A program made the position numbers and the translations under genes. Shown here one piece after another: positions 19,072-28,758 of a stretch of DNA of 64,000 nt. Position 1 is the first letter of the stretch; every line of letters starts with the position of its first letter. Origin of the DNA: Escherichia phage HildyBeyeler. Location: the sequence record MZ501074; one strand, 5' to 3'. The notes beneath the pieces are model-generated. The model worked only from the letters and a program-made list of their open reading frames with translations. It was not told the DNA's origin and ran no database searches.

Positions 19072-19886
19072 ATTTGTTTTCCCGGCATATAAGGTCTACC
19101 CTCTAGATGAGCTTCTACACGAGCAATAAAACCAGGATCACTGAAAGCATCTACTGCACCTTTACTCCAGTAAGGAATACCACGATCTTCCAGTTGGTAC
19201 ATATCACTACGAGTCATACCTTGATAGCCTGGTTTCGACGCTAGGGCACTATCATAGTAGTTAACTACCATAAGTTTCGCAGCAGTCCGATTAAGAACAG
19301 GGAATAGTTCCCAGTAGAAGTTAATTACTTGGTTAGAGCAACCAACTACAACGATCATATCTTGACTGGTAATACCATCAAAAATATTGTACATTTCTGC
19401 GTACGCTGGAGCATGCTCACCAAAAAAGATTACATTAGGTTTAACCCATTTATAATCATCTGGGTCAATAGAGTTATACCCAACATCAATAACCCGTTTA
19501 TTACTACTATTGTAGCTATCAGCTACAACAACCTCTTTTAAATATCCGTGAATGTGCAGAATATCACTATGTGGAACGCCAGCACGCTCAATAAGGTCAT
19601 CAACGTTGGTAGTCAAGTTTACTACTTGACCCGGATATTTCTTATACCATTCACCAATACGCAAGTGTGCAAGATTAGGTTCAACAGTTTCTAACTCTTC
19701 ACGCCGCTTGTTGTAAAACATATGGGTTTTATGATAAAAGTTACCACGAAAGGCGTGAATATTACATACTTCTTCTAGATCATAATCATCCCACAGTGCT
19801 TTACCACTAGCAGTATCGGTACGAAAAGCTCGTACACCACTTTCAACGCTCAAACCTGCACCGCTAATAATAATTAATCTACGCAC
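19062..19886 (-). CDS. Sir2-family (sirtuin-like) NAD-binding protein (274 aa)
   Basis: GAGLSVESGVRAFR (compare Sir2 GAGIS..SGIP.FR), NVDDLIERAG and catalytic-His context ILHIHGY. Confidence 0.65.
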   Translation of the reverse strand: MRRLIIISGAGLSVESGVRAFRTDTASGKALWDDYDLEEVCNIHAFRGNFYHKTHMFYNKRREELETVEPNLAHLRIGEWYKKYPGQVVNLTTNVDDLIERAGVPHSDILHIHGYLKEVVVADSYNSSNKRVIDVGYNSIDPDDYKWVKPNVIFFGEHAPAYAEMYNIFDGITSQDMIVVVGCSNQVINFYWELFPVLNRTAAKLMVVNYYDSALASKPGYQGMTRSDMYQLEDRGIPYWSKGAVDAFSDPGFIARVEAHLEGRPYMPGKQICP

Positions 19887-20080
19887 TATACGATTCCTCG
19901 CTTAAATCCTTCGATAATATTTCGGAGTAAAATTGCTTCCTCCGGGCGTACCTTCTCTTGCTTAATAAGCATATCCAATCCAGCAATACAACTAGTTACA
20001 CCAGCATTATAACCAGAGTTCCATTGCTCAATGAGCATGTTTTCTAGATTACTTTTTAGATTCTGATTCAAGAAGTCCAT
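19886..20080 (-). CDS. hypothetical protein (64 aa)
   Basis: ORF track. Confidence 0.4.
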   Translation of the reverse strand: MDFLNQNLKSNLENMLIEQWNSGYNAGVTSCIAGLDMLIKQEKVRPEEAILLRNIIEGFKRGIV

Positions 20081-20255
20081 AAAGTTTCTCCTCTAGTCCC
20101 ATAATACGATTTTCATAAGAAGCACGCAACTTTTCAATTGCCAGCGCACGCACTGTAACCTCATTAGAATTAATAGCTAACTGGGCCAGATCTTCTGTTT
20201 CCATACGTCCGTTGTAAATTAAGCGATATTTAAGGTGTTTCACATTCTTGGTCAT
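20049..20255 (-). CDS. hypothetical protein (~68 aa)
   Basis: ORF track, start moved to the internal ATG at 20255, which has a GGAG RBS. Confidence 0.4.
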   Translation of the reverse strand: MTKNVKHLKYRLIYNGRMETEDLAQLAINSNEVTVRALAIEKLRASYENRIMGLEEKLYGLLESESKK

Positions 20256-20628
20256 TATTAAACTCCACTGCAACTGTTTCTAGGTCTTCGTCAAAAAAAC
20301 TAGAGTATGTATCTTTAAGATACTGTTTAATACTCCAAGTAATATCTTCGTATCCATCTGGACTACGTTGGTATACTTTTAACACTCTATTATACACAAA
20401 TTCAAGATTACATTTTACTTCATCTCTGTCTTCATCAAACAAGCAATATGGGTTATATGGCGATACATCTAGATTTGTTTCCACCCAATCACCAATAACG
20501 GTGGGGTATCCAGCACCATCTATATGAGAGTAATCACCTGTGGCAGCAAAGACAGCCTCAGCAATATCATCCACGCCCAGATGGAAATCACCACATGTAG
20601 ATTCAACTATATAGGGCTTTAATTCCAT
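20230..20628 (-). CDS. hypothetical acidic protein (132 aa)
   Basis: ORF downstream of promoter 20657-20685; no radical-SAM CxxxCxxC motif, so not NrdG. Confidence 0.5.
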   Translation of the reverse strand: MELKPYIVESTCGDFHLGVDDIAEAVFAATGDYSHIDGAGYPTVIGDWVETNLDVSPYNPYCLFDEDRDEVKCNLEFVYNRVLKVYQRSPDGYEDITWSIKQYLKDTYSSFFDEDLETVAVEFNNDQECETP

Positions 20629-20656
20629 ATCTTTCTCCTCTCAAATTTATAAATCT

Positions 20657-20685
20657 ATTATACATAAATTTTTAGCTGAAAGCAA
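20657..20685 (-). promoter_or_regulatory. strong sigma70 promoter, PN25-family
   Basis: TTGCTT, 17 bp, TATAAT on the minus strand with ATAAATTTGAGAGGAG downstream box. Confidence 0.75.
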
Positions 20686-20727
20686 ATAAAATAAAAGCCA
20701 GGTCGACTAGCAACCCGGCTGATTAGC

Positions 20728-22554
20728 TTACTTAAGATTTAAGTGTTTTACTCTACCAAGAACTTCTTTTTGTTTCCCAGAATTGAAAGGCCTACTGCTA
20801 GGGGATCCCAAGTACCCGCAAACCCTACGTGTAACCTCTATTTCTTCAGACCCACAACTCGGACATACAAACCCACGTTCAGAGGCAACAGATTCACCCA
20901 TATACCCACAGTTGAAGCACTCATCAATTGGTATATTAACACCAATATAATGGCTACATTCTAGCCCCTTATCCACCACATACTCAAGAGCTTTGTGGAA
21001 CTTTTTCATTTGAGGTAGTTCCACAAATGATATATTACCACCATTAGCTATTTTGGTAAAATGAGCCTCGTACTCAAATTTAGTATCTGGGGCTACCTTC
21101 TCTCTTACGTCCAAATGGTGACTATTAGTGAGATAGCCTTTATCTGTTAGCCAAGAATACTCTGGGAATCTACGTTCTAGTAATTTATTAAAACGATTAC
21201 ATAGAGACTCACTAGGAGTAGCGTATAAGCTAAATCCAAGATTAGTCTCATTAGCTTTAACTTCGCAACGATTTTTTAGGTGAGTAAGAACTTCTTCTGT
21301 AAATTCAATACAATCCCTATGGGTTTGTGGTAGACCAAACATTATTTGGCACATCTCATAGACCCCAATGTATCCAAGAGATACAGAAGATCTACCCTCA
21401 AAAATAGGCCATACATACTCTTCCCCATCTAAACGCACACCAAAACCACCGTGCATATAAAGAATAGGGGCTTGTTTAGCCTTAACTTTCTTCAGTCTGT
21501 TTAAGAAGAAGTCATGCGCTTCAAAAGCCTCATCCACATATTTGTCTAGAATATCCCAGAAATCTTCAAAAACCCCATCTGCCTCAGCAGCAACCATAGG
21601 TAGATTAATAGACACTACACCTAAATTATTGCGCCCTGCAATTTCTCCGGAGGGGATAGCAGATAAAAAGCTACGACAACCCATAGGTGCTTTAAAATCA
21701 CCAGTAACAGCTACAACTTTCTCATAGCTTAAATAGTCCGGGTACATACGGGTAGCAGAACACTCAAGTGCTAGCTGTTTTATATCGTAGTTAGGATCGC
21801 CTGGATTTTTATTTAACCCTTCTTTAACTGAGAATACTAGTTTAGGGAAGATAGGGGTTGACTCAGCAGCACCTAAACCTTTAATACGGTTTTGGAGGAT
21901 GGCTTTCTGAATCATCCTTTCCTCCCACTCCTGTCCTAGCCCAAAGCCAAGCGTAACAAAAGGAGTCTGTCCATTAGAGTTAAATAATGAATTAGTTTCA
22001 TACTCTAGGGCTTGGAATGCGTCATAACACTCTTTTTCAGTGAGTTCAGTAGCATATACAGCAGCTTTCCTTTCATCCTTGAGCCAACGTAGACCACGAC
22101 CCAGGTGCTTATCATAAGACTTTCTGACATAAGGGGCTAAAACCTCATCGATACGATCAATAGAAGTGCCACCATACTGAGCACCAGATACTTGGGCAAT
22201 AATCTGAGCAGTGATTGCACATGCAGTAGTTATGGATTTAGGAGTTTCAATATTTGCATTACCAATTTTAGTACCATTCTTCAGCATGCCACCAAGGTCT
22301 ACTAAACAACAGTTAGTGTATCCCTGTGCCCTGTAATCCATATCATGGATGTGTATTTTACCTAGATTATGGGAGTCTAATAGATGTTTAGGTAATTCTT
22401 GTGCTACTAAATACTTGTTGATTTCTCCAGCTAATAAGTCTCTTTGGGTATGGAACATCTCACTAGGCTTATTAGCATTATTATGTTGTAAGTCCTTATC
22501 AGCAGTTAGAGTGAGCAGGCCTTTGCAATTCTCAATTAATTCATTCTCTGTCAT
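20728..22554 (-). CDS. nrdD: anaerobic ribonucleoside-triphosphate reductase (class III RNR), 608 aa
   Basis: C-terminal zinc ribbon CFNCG...CPSCG and glycyl-radical motif RVCGYLG. Confidence 0.9.
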   Translation of the reverse strand: MTENELIENCKGLLTLTADKDLQHNNANKPSEMFHTQRDLLAGEINKYLVAQELPKHLLDSHNLGKIHIHDMDYRAQGYTNCCLVDLGGMLKNGTKIGNANIETPKSITTACAITAQIIAQVSGAQYGGTSIDRIDEVLAPYVRKSYDKHLGRGLRWLKDERKAAVYATELTEKECYDAFQALEYETNSLFNSNGQTPFVTLGFGLGQEWEERMIQKAILQNRIKGLGAAESTPIFPKLVFSVKEGLNKNPGDPNYDIKQLALECSATRMYPDYLSYEKVVAVTGDFKAPMGCRSFLSAIPSGEIAGRNNLGVVSINLPMVAAEADGVFEDFWDILDKYVDEAFEAHDFFLNRLKKVKAKQAPILYMHGGFGVRLDGEEYVWPIFEGRSSVSLGYIGVYEMCQIMFGLPQTHRDCIEFTEEVLTHLKNRCEVKANETNLGFSLYATPSESLCNRFNKLLERRFPEYSWLTDKGYLTNSHHLDVREKVAPDTKFEYEAHFTKIANGGNISFVELPQMKKFHKALEYVVDKGLECSHYIGVNIPIDECFNCGYMGESVASERGFVCPSCGSEEIEVTRRVCGYLGSPSSRPFNSGKQKEVLGRVKHLNLK

Positions 22555-22744
22555 TGATTATTTCCTCAATAAACTTTATAGCTACTTTTGGTTCAATATT
22601 GAAGAATTCCGTAGCGCCGTCAAAATCTTTGTACTGGCAATTCTGCTCTTTAAAGTAGTTATGGGCTAATTTTTCTATTCGAACTGCACTACTATATTCT
22701 CCAATTTCAAATACTTTAATTTTTTCGGCATTACTCTTCTCCAC
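22541..22744 (-). CDS. hypothetical protein (67 aa)
   Basis: ORF directly downstream of minus-strand promoter 22760-22788. Confidence 0.4.
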   Translation of the reverse strand: MEKSNAEKIKVFEIGEYSSAVRIEKLAHNYFKEQNCQYKDFDGATEFFNIEPKVAIKFIEEIINDRE

Positions 22745-22759
22745 AGAATTTTCACACCT

Positions 22760-22788
22760 ATTATACTAAACATTATCCACTATGTCAA
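22760..22788 (-). promoter_or_regulatory. sigma70 promoter (TTGACA, 17 bp, TATAAT), divergent from the phoH promoter
   Basis: Consensus hexamers on the minus strand upstream of 22541-22744 and nrdD. Confidence 0.6.
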
Positions 22789-22925
22789 TTAAAATTTTCT
22801 TTCGCCACCTAATACTGTAATATTCCGCGTATAAATAAATGATTATCTAATACCATACATTTCCCGTTAAAAGCAAGCAAATTTTTTATTTAAATGCAAT
22901 ATCATAGGCTTATTTAAAATTGTAG

Positions 22926-22954
22926 TTGCTTTTTACTGCATATACTGGTATAAT
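22926..22954 (+). promoter_or_regulatory. sigma70 promoter (TTGCTT, 17 bp, TATAAT) for phoH and nrd genes
   Basis: Consensus hexamers with A/T-rich upstream region. Confidence 0.65.
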
Positions 22955-23030
22955 ATATTTGTAAGTTGATAAACAAGATCTCTTTGTTGATCCTCTGTTA
23001 GAAGCGAAGTACACTATAGGAGTGTTATGT

Positions 23031-23783
23031 ATGGGAAAAGCACGTCAAAAAAGAGAGAACCGCAATGGTTCAAGAAAGCGTGGCAACAAATATGAGAATA
23101 ACGTAATTCAGGCTGATTTTTCTAATGATTACGCTAACCCAGTTGCTAAATCCCTAGTAGGTAAAAACCGAGAGCAAAAATCATATATCAATATGATCAA
23201 GAACAACACAGTGACTGTGGGTATCGGTGAGCCAGGTACAGGTAAAACCTTTATCCCGTCTGTTCTTGCAGCTCAGGAACTCGTAGACATTCACTCAGAT
23301 ATTGAGCAAGTGATCCTCGTACGTCCTAATGAACCTCTAGGTAAGTCTCTTGGTATGCTTCCTGGTGATCTAGCAGAAAAGCTAGAGCCTTGGTTGGAGC
23401 CAATAGCTGATGGTATGAAATGGGCCATCGGTGATCATGCCTATAGGGGATACGTCGAACGTCAGAAAATTAAATTTTTGGCTATCGAACATGCTCGTGG
23501 CAGAACTTTCAACAACTCCTATGTAATTGTCGATGAAGCTCAGAATATTTCCGTTGAGGCAATGATTTGTCTCCTAACTCGTGTAGGACAAGACTGCCGT
23601 TTAATTATCTGCGGAGATATAGCTCAGAAAGACATTAAAGGTGACTCAGGTCTAGCACTCCTTATGGAAGTCTATGAGAAATACGAAAATGCCCCCTTCT
23701 CAATGATCGAATTGATTGATAACGTTCGTTCTGCTGAGTCTAAAGCATTCTACGATATTTTTAAAGACATGGGGAAGGTGTAA
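23031..23783 (+). CDS. phoH: PhoH-like ATPase (250 aa)
   Basis: Walker A GIGEPGTGKTF, Walker B VIVDEAQN; AGGAG RBS before the ATG at 23031. Confidence 0.8.
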   Translation: MGKARQKRENRNGSRKRGNKYENNVIQADFSNDYANPVAKSLVGKNREQKSYINMIKNNTVTVGIGEPGTGKTFIPSVLAAQELVDIHSDIEQVILVRPNEPLGKSLGMLPGDLAEKLEPWLEPIADGMKWAIGDHAYRGYVERQKIKFLAIEHARGRTFNNSYVIVDEAQNISVEAMICLLTRVGQDCRLIICGDIAQKDIKGDSGLALLMEVYEKYENAPFSMIELIDNVRSAESKAFYDIFKDMGKV

Positions 23784-23784
23784 T

Positions 23785-23982
23785 ATGGGAGACGTTGTAC
23801 ATCTACACCGAAAAACTAAAATACATCGTACTTCACTGAGTGCTGCTAATATGATTACACGTAAGGAAGGGGAAGAAAGTCCTAAGACTACCCTAGCGTG
23901 GAAAATTGTAACCTCAAATCCAAATCGGCCCTTCAATTATAACGAACTAAGTACCTCAATAGATATTCTGCTGAGAACTTAA
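23785..23982 (+). CDS. hypothetical protein (65 aa)
   Basis: ATG overlaps the phoH stop (TAATATGG); GAAGG RBS. Confidence 0.45.
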   Translation: MGDVVHLHRKTKIHRTSLSAANMITRKEGEESPKTTLAWKIVTSNPNRPFNYNELSTSIDILLRT

Positions 23983-24126
23983 GTGGCCAAAAACTAGACT
24001 GACAACACAGAAGGCCTGGGTATGAAAGTACTCGGGCCTTTTCTATCAGAAAATTTTATTTGCCAAATGACTGAGAATAAAGTAAACTATTTCCTAAATC
24101 CTGATAACTATAAAAAGGAAAGCCAA

Positions 24127-26460
24127 ATGAGCCATCGCATTGAAAAGGTAATTAAACGTGACGGTACTGTAGAAGACTTTGCTCCTGAAAAACTCAATGG
24201 TTGGGCAGAGTATGGTTGCAAAACAGTTGATGTAAGTTGGTCTGCCATTACTATGGCTGCTCAAAAAACTCTGCCTAAAGGGGTTGTAGATTCCGACACT
24301 CTGATGGATGCGTTAATTAAAGCTGCTGAAAGTCTTATCAAAGATAATCCAGCATACGACGTGCCAGCAAAGGAATTACGTCTTGCGCAGATGCGTAAAC
24401 GCCTTTATGATTCCTTTGAACCACCTTCTCTACGCTTCTTCCACGATCATATGGTTAGTGTAGGTGCATGGGAAGACATGAGTGCATGGATTACCGATGA
24501 GCAATTTGAAGCTCTGAATCAGGTTATCGACCATGATCGTGACCGTCTTTTCACTAGTGGAGGACTGAAACAATTCTTTGATAAGTATTCCCGTCGTAAC
24601 ATAGCCACCGGTGAAATTTATGAAACCCCGCAGTTTGCCTACATGGGTATGGCAATGGCGATGCTATCTCAACCTAACTGGACAATTCTCGATGCAATCG
24701 ACCTATACAACGCAATGTCACTCCACAAAATCAACGTTCCTACGCCGCCACTGGTTGGTCTGCGCTCTAGTGATCGTGGATTTGCTAGTTGTTGCCTCGT
24801 TGATTCCACTGACACATTGGATTCAATCGACACAGCCGAGCACATCGTTTTTAAAATGGTCGCAGCCAGAGCGGGAATCGGGTATCATCTTGAAAGCAGA
24901 TCAATTGCTGATCCGGTGCGAAATGGGGCATTCCCGCATTCCGGAAAACTGCCATATTATCGACACATTGACCGCTCAGTAAAGGCCAACACTCAGCAAA
25001 CTCGTGGTGGTTCTGCTACAGTGTCTTATCCATACTTTGATCCTGAAATCATTCAGTTGATGCAGGTTAAGCAACAACGTGCTACAGACGAGAATAAAAT
25101 CGATAAGATGGATTATTCTCTGAGCTTCAACAATCTTTTGTTAAAACGTTATCTTAAAAATGAAGATATTACGCTAATGTCATACTTCTATGCTCCGGAA
25201 GTTCATGAAGCGTTTTATAGTGATGACGAGGCTAAATTTGAAGAAATCTATGTGGCAGCGGAGAAACGTGTGGCATCTCTTACAAAGATCGACCACGAAG
25301 GAAAAACAGTTCCAGCAGCTCCTAAAGTCTCTGCAAAAGAAATCCTAGATACTTGGCTGCGTATCCGAATGGAAACAGGACGTATGTATGCCCACCACAT
25401 TGGGGAATCTAATCGTCACGGTAACTTCCTTGATCCGATCCGTATGACAAACCTTTGTGTTGAAATTACTCAGCCTACACGCCCGTTCCATCATATCACG
25501 GAACTGTATAAAACGAAAGAGCAGCTTGACCAAATGAAGCCGGAGGATATTGGGGAAGTATCTCTATGTAACTTAGGTGGTGTTGTACTAGGACGCATGG
25601 AATCTCTAGCTGAGTGGGAAAAAACTTGCTACATCCTCCTGAAATTCGTTGATACAATTATTGAAATTCAGGATTATCCGTTCCCAACTATGGAATATAC
25701 GGCTAAGAAACGTCGTAATGTTGGTATTGGCCTGATGAACGCAGCAGGTGCAATGGCAGCAGAAGGTCTGGCTTATGAAGGTATTGAAGCCCGTAACTGG
25801 ATTCACCGTGAGGCTGAAAAACTGTCTTACTTCCTGCATAAAGCCTCTGTACGCCTAGCTAAAGAACAGGGTGCATGTGAGTGGTTTGATCGTACTAAAC
25901 CATCTAAAGGAATTCTGGTAATCGACACATACAAGAAAACTGTTGATGAGCTGGTATCCGTAGGTCTAGAAATGGATTGGGAATCTCTGCGTGCAGATAT
26001 TCTGAAATACGGTATGCGTAACTCTGTTCTGACTGCGCAGATGCCTGGAGAAAGTTCCTCTGTACTATTGGGTGTTACCAACTCAATTGAGCCACCTCGT
26101 AGGATTGTATCTATCAAGGGTAGTGCAGTGAATAAAGTAATTGCAATTGCTCCGGGTGCAACTGATTGGGATACTCTCATGAGCTATAAACTGGCCTATG
26201 ATATTGATCGCACTGAGTGGATCAAATGGAACGCCGTTTACCAAAAATTCTTGAGCCAGTCATCAAGTTTCCAGATGTATTATGATTACTCTAAATTCGA
26301 GAATGAAATCATTCCTGGCCCAGTAGTAGTTCGTGACTTTATGACTGCGGTTAAGTATGGTATAAAGACCTGGTATTATGCTAACTTTAACACTGCGAAT
26401 GGTGGAGGAGCTGGTGAAGAGGCGGCAACAGGTTGTGCATCAGGCGGTTGTCAGTTATAA
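24127..26460 (+). CDS. nrdA: ribonucleotide reductase large subunit (class Ia), ~777 aa
   Basis: ATP-cone N-terminus (MSHRIEKVIKRDGTVEDF), catalytic core, C-terminal Cys pair; AAGGAAAG RBS before 24127. Confidence 0.9.
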   Translation: MSHRIEKVIKRDGTVEDFAPEKLNGWAEYGCKTVDVSWSAITMAAQKTLPKGVVDSDTLMDALIKAAESLIKDNPAYDVPAKELRLAQMRKRLYDSFEPPSLRFFHDHMVSVGAWEDMSAWITDEQFEALNQVIDHDRDRLFTSGGLKQFFDKYSRRNIATGEIYETPQFAYMGMAMAMLSQPNWTILDAIDLYNAMSLHKINVPTPPLVGLRSSDRGFASCCLVDSTDTLDSIDTAEHIVFKMVAARAGIGYHLESRSIADPVRNGAFPHSGKLPYYRHIDRSVKANTQQTRGGSATVSYPYFDPEIIQLMQVKQQRATDENKIDKMDYSLSFNNLLLKRYLKNEDITLMSYFYAPEVHEAFYSDDEAKFEEIYVAAEKRVASLTKIDHEGKTVPAAPKVSAKEILDTWLRIRMETGRMYAHHIGESNRHGNFLDPIRMTNLCVEITQPTRPFHHITELYKTKEQLDQMKPEDIGEVSLCNLGGVVLGRMESLAEWEKTCYILLKFVDTIIEIQDYPFPTMEYTAKKRRNVGIGLMNAAGAMAAEGLAYEGIEARNWIHREAEKLSYFLHKASVRLAKEQGACEWFDRTKPSKGILVIDTYKKTVDELVSVGLEMDWESLRADILKYGMRNSVLTAQMPGESSSVLLGVTNSIEPPRRIVSIKGSAVNKVIAIAPGATDWDTLMSYKLAYDIDRTEWIKWNAVYQKFLSQSSSFQMYYDYSKFENEIIPGPVVVRDFMTAVKYGIKTWYYANFNTANGGGAGEEAATGCASGGCQL

Positions 26461-26469
26461 TAAAAACAA

Positions 26470-26496
26470 GGAGATCTTCGGGTCTCCTTTTTCTTT
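26470..26496 (+). terminator. intrinsic terminator after nrdA
   Basis: GGAGATC-TTCG-GGTCTCC hairpin followed by TTTTTCTTT. Confidence 0.7.
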
Positions 26497-26506
26497 GAAA
26501 TTTTAC

Positions 26507-26535
26507 TTGCTAATCGCTACCAGATTTGCTATAAT
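26507..26535 (+). promoter_or_regulatory. sigma70 promoter (TTGCTA, 17 bp, TATAAT)
   Basis: Directly follows terminator 26470-26496; precedes the HNH gene. Confidence 0.6.
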
Positions 26536-26561
26536 ATCTCCATTAGTTAAGGAGATTAGTT

Positions 26562-27077
26562 TTGATAACACAAGATGAATTAAAAAGGATTCTGGAGTAT
26601 AATCCAGATGAAGGAACATTTACTTGGTTAAATAACCAGGAAGTACACAATAAAGTAAGGGGACTACCTGCTGGCTGTTTAAAACCCCACTCAGTAGATC
26701 CTAACCGAAAAGACTTAGTAATACAAATCAAGGGTAAGAAGTATCCCGCACAAAATATTGCTTTCCTGTACATGACAGGAAACTTACCTAAAGTTATGGT
26801 TGACCATATAGATGGAGATTCACTAAACTATAAGTGGGCTAATCTAAGAGAAGCAGACTGGCAGTTAAATAGTCAAAATAGAAAAACTAGTAAAAACAAT
26901 ATATTGGGTACTAAGAATATTCGGAAGAAAGGGTCTGGATTTCAAGTTAGAAAATCCATTAACGGAAAAGAATATGTGAAAACTCTCCCAACTCTAGAAG
27001 AGGCGATAGAGTATCGAGATTCTTTAATCCTCTCTATAACCAAAGATCCAACACTACTTAGAAACACAGATAAATAG
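26562..27077 (+). CDS. HNH homing endonuclease (171 aa), TTG start
   Basis: HNH motif VDHIDGDSLNYKWANLR with AP2-like C-terminus; inserted between nrdA and nrdB with its own promoter. Confidence 0.75.
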   Translation: MITQDELKRILEYNPDEGTFTWLNNQEVHNKVRGLPAGCLKPHSVDPNRKDLVIQIKGKKYPAQNIAFLYMTGNLPKVMVDHIDGDSLNYKWANLREADWQLNSQNRKTSKNNILGTKNIRKKGSGFQVRKSINGKEYVKTLPTLEEAIEYRDSLILSITKDPTLLRNTDK

Positions 27078-27085
27078 GAGAACTA

Positions 27086-28231
27086 ATGACAACTTTACTT
27101 AACTTAAACTGGGATCATACCAATAAAGATCTATTTCTCGGTGATTCTCTTGGTATTGCAGATTATGTACGAGTAGCCCATCCAGAGCTGGAAAGGCTGG
27201 CGTTATTAGCTCGCTCTCAATTCTGGACTGAAACTGAAATCAGTCTGGAAGCAGATAAGAAACAATGGCCTAATCTCCCACGAGAAATTCAGGAAATTAC
27301 CCTCCTGAATTTAGCATGGCAGACTCAAACTGATTCCTTTATCAGTCGAGCGCCTGAAGCAGCTATTATGCCACTTGTAAGTCGTCCAGAATTGGAAGGT
27401 ATGCTAAAGCAGTGGAGCTACTTCGAAGACCTGCATAGTCGCGCCTATAGCAATATTATTCGTAATGTGCTGACTGATCCAGCAGAATTTATTGATTCTG
27501 TAACCAAAAACCAGGAAGCATTCGCACGCATCGCTGATTCTGTTGAACTGTTCGATGAACTGTATCAGTTAGGTCAGTATTTCCTCGCAGTACGCGATCA
27601 TCGTGGTGACAATACATATCCAGAAACTGAGTTCCCTGAAGTTAAACGTGAAACTCAGGCTAAACTATTAGACGCTTACTTTGCGATCTATGGTCTGGAA
27701 GCAATGCAGTTTTACGCATCCTTTGCATGTACTTTTGCTCTAGCAGAGAACGATATTCTGCAAGGTATTGCTAAGAACCTGCAATTAATCGCTAAAGATG
27801 AGGCTCTGCACACCCAGATGTCTAAAGCAATCATCCAGATTATGTTCCAGCAGTTTGACAAAGATCTGGTAGATGAAGCAGTGGCTAAAGCACCAGCACA
27901 GCTCCTGAAAACTCTGAAAACTGAAATTGAATGGGGTCATTTCATTTTCAAAGGTCGTAGTCTGATTGGCTTGAATGCAGAACTTCTAGAAGAATATCTG
28001 TACTTTGTGGGGCGTAATGCATTTATGCACATCGGTGTAGAATGGCCTAGTCATTTACCAGTAATCACTAAGAACCCCATTCCGTGGATCATGAACTGGC
28101 TGGATACCACTTCTTTACAGCCTGCTCCACAAGAAATCCAGATTGGTGCAGCCTACCGTGTAGGTCAGGTAACTGAGACCTCTACTGATACTCTGAAAGA
28201 TCTGGGTAATGAATTTGGAGATTTCTTATGA
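27086..28231 (+). CDS. nrdB: ribonucleotide reductase small subunit (381 aa)
   Basis: Di-iron ligand and ferritin-like motifs; follows nrdA. Confidence 0.85.
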   Translation: MTTLLNLNWDHTNKDLFLGDSLGIADYVRVAHPELERLALLARSQFWTETEISLEADKKQWPNLPREIQEITLLNLAWQTQTDSFISRAPEAAIMPLVSRPELEGMLKQWSYFEDLHSRAYSNIIRNVLTDPAEFIDSVTKNQEAFARIADSVELFDELYQLGQYFLAVRDHRGDNTYPETEFPEVKRETQAKLLDAYFAIYGLEAMQFYASFACTFALAENDILQGIAKNLQLIAKDEALHTQMSKAIIQIMFQQFDKDLVDEAVAKAPAQLLKTLKTEIEWGHFIFKGRSLIGLNAELLEEYLYFVGRNAFMHIGVEWPSHLPVITKNPIPWIMNWLDTTSLQPAPQEIQIGAAYRVGQVTETSTDTLKDLGNEFGDFL

Positions 28232-28758
28232 TTACAGCAATGTATGCAGTTGGGCCGAATGGAGAGTTCGGCCTCCGAGGTAAACTTCCCTGGGGTTCCT
28301 TCAAAGAAGAGTTAGATGCTTTCTATTCTCAACTGGACGTGTTGAATCCAGATAACATCATCATTGGTGCGGGTACTTATTTAGCACTTCCAGAAGTTGT
28401 TAGGCAACGTATGATTGGAGAATCCGACCTCTTTATTCGTGCTGACCGACCTCTGGCTGATAGCATCAAAGAAACTTACACTGCCATATCAAGGATAGGT
28501 GATACACTACCTACTTTCCTAAAAGATCAGCAAACAGTAGTTCTAGGCGGAGCTAATCTTCTCCTAGAAATGTATCAGCATGGGCATATAGAAAGTGCTT
28601 TTGTATCTACAATCTTTAGTGAGCAGAAGCTAGAGGCAGATACATACCTAGATAGTATGATACTGGATTATAACTATGAATCCACTCGATTAGTCTATGC
28701 AGTTGGCGCAAACAGTGATAACAGCCTGCGATTTGTACAGGAATTGGTTACTTATTAA
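28228..28758 (+). CDS. frd: dihydrofolate reductase (176 aa)
   Basis: DHFR-like N-terminus with GKLPW; translationally coupled between nrdB and thyA. Confidence 0.65.
   Translation: MITAMYAVGPNGEFGLRGKLPWGSFKEELDAFYSQLDVLNPDNIIIGAGTYLALPEVVRQRMIGESDLFIRADRPLADSIKETYTAISRIGDTLPTFLKDQQTVVLGGANLLLEMYQHGHIESAFVSTIFSEQKLEADTYLDSMILDYNYESTRLVYAVGANSDNSLRFVQELVTY

Noticed and set aside
24022-24126. A 35-codon N-terminal extension of nrdA in the ORF track
   Set aside because: The AAGGAAAG RBS sits immediately before the ATG at 24127, and the ATP-cone domain begins there.
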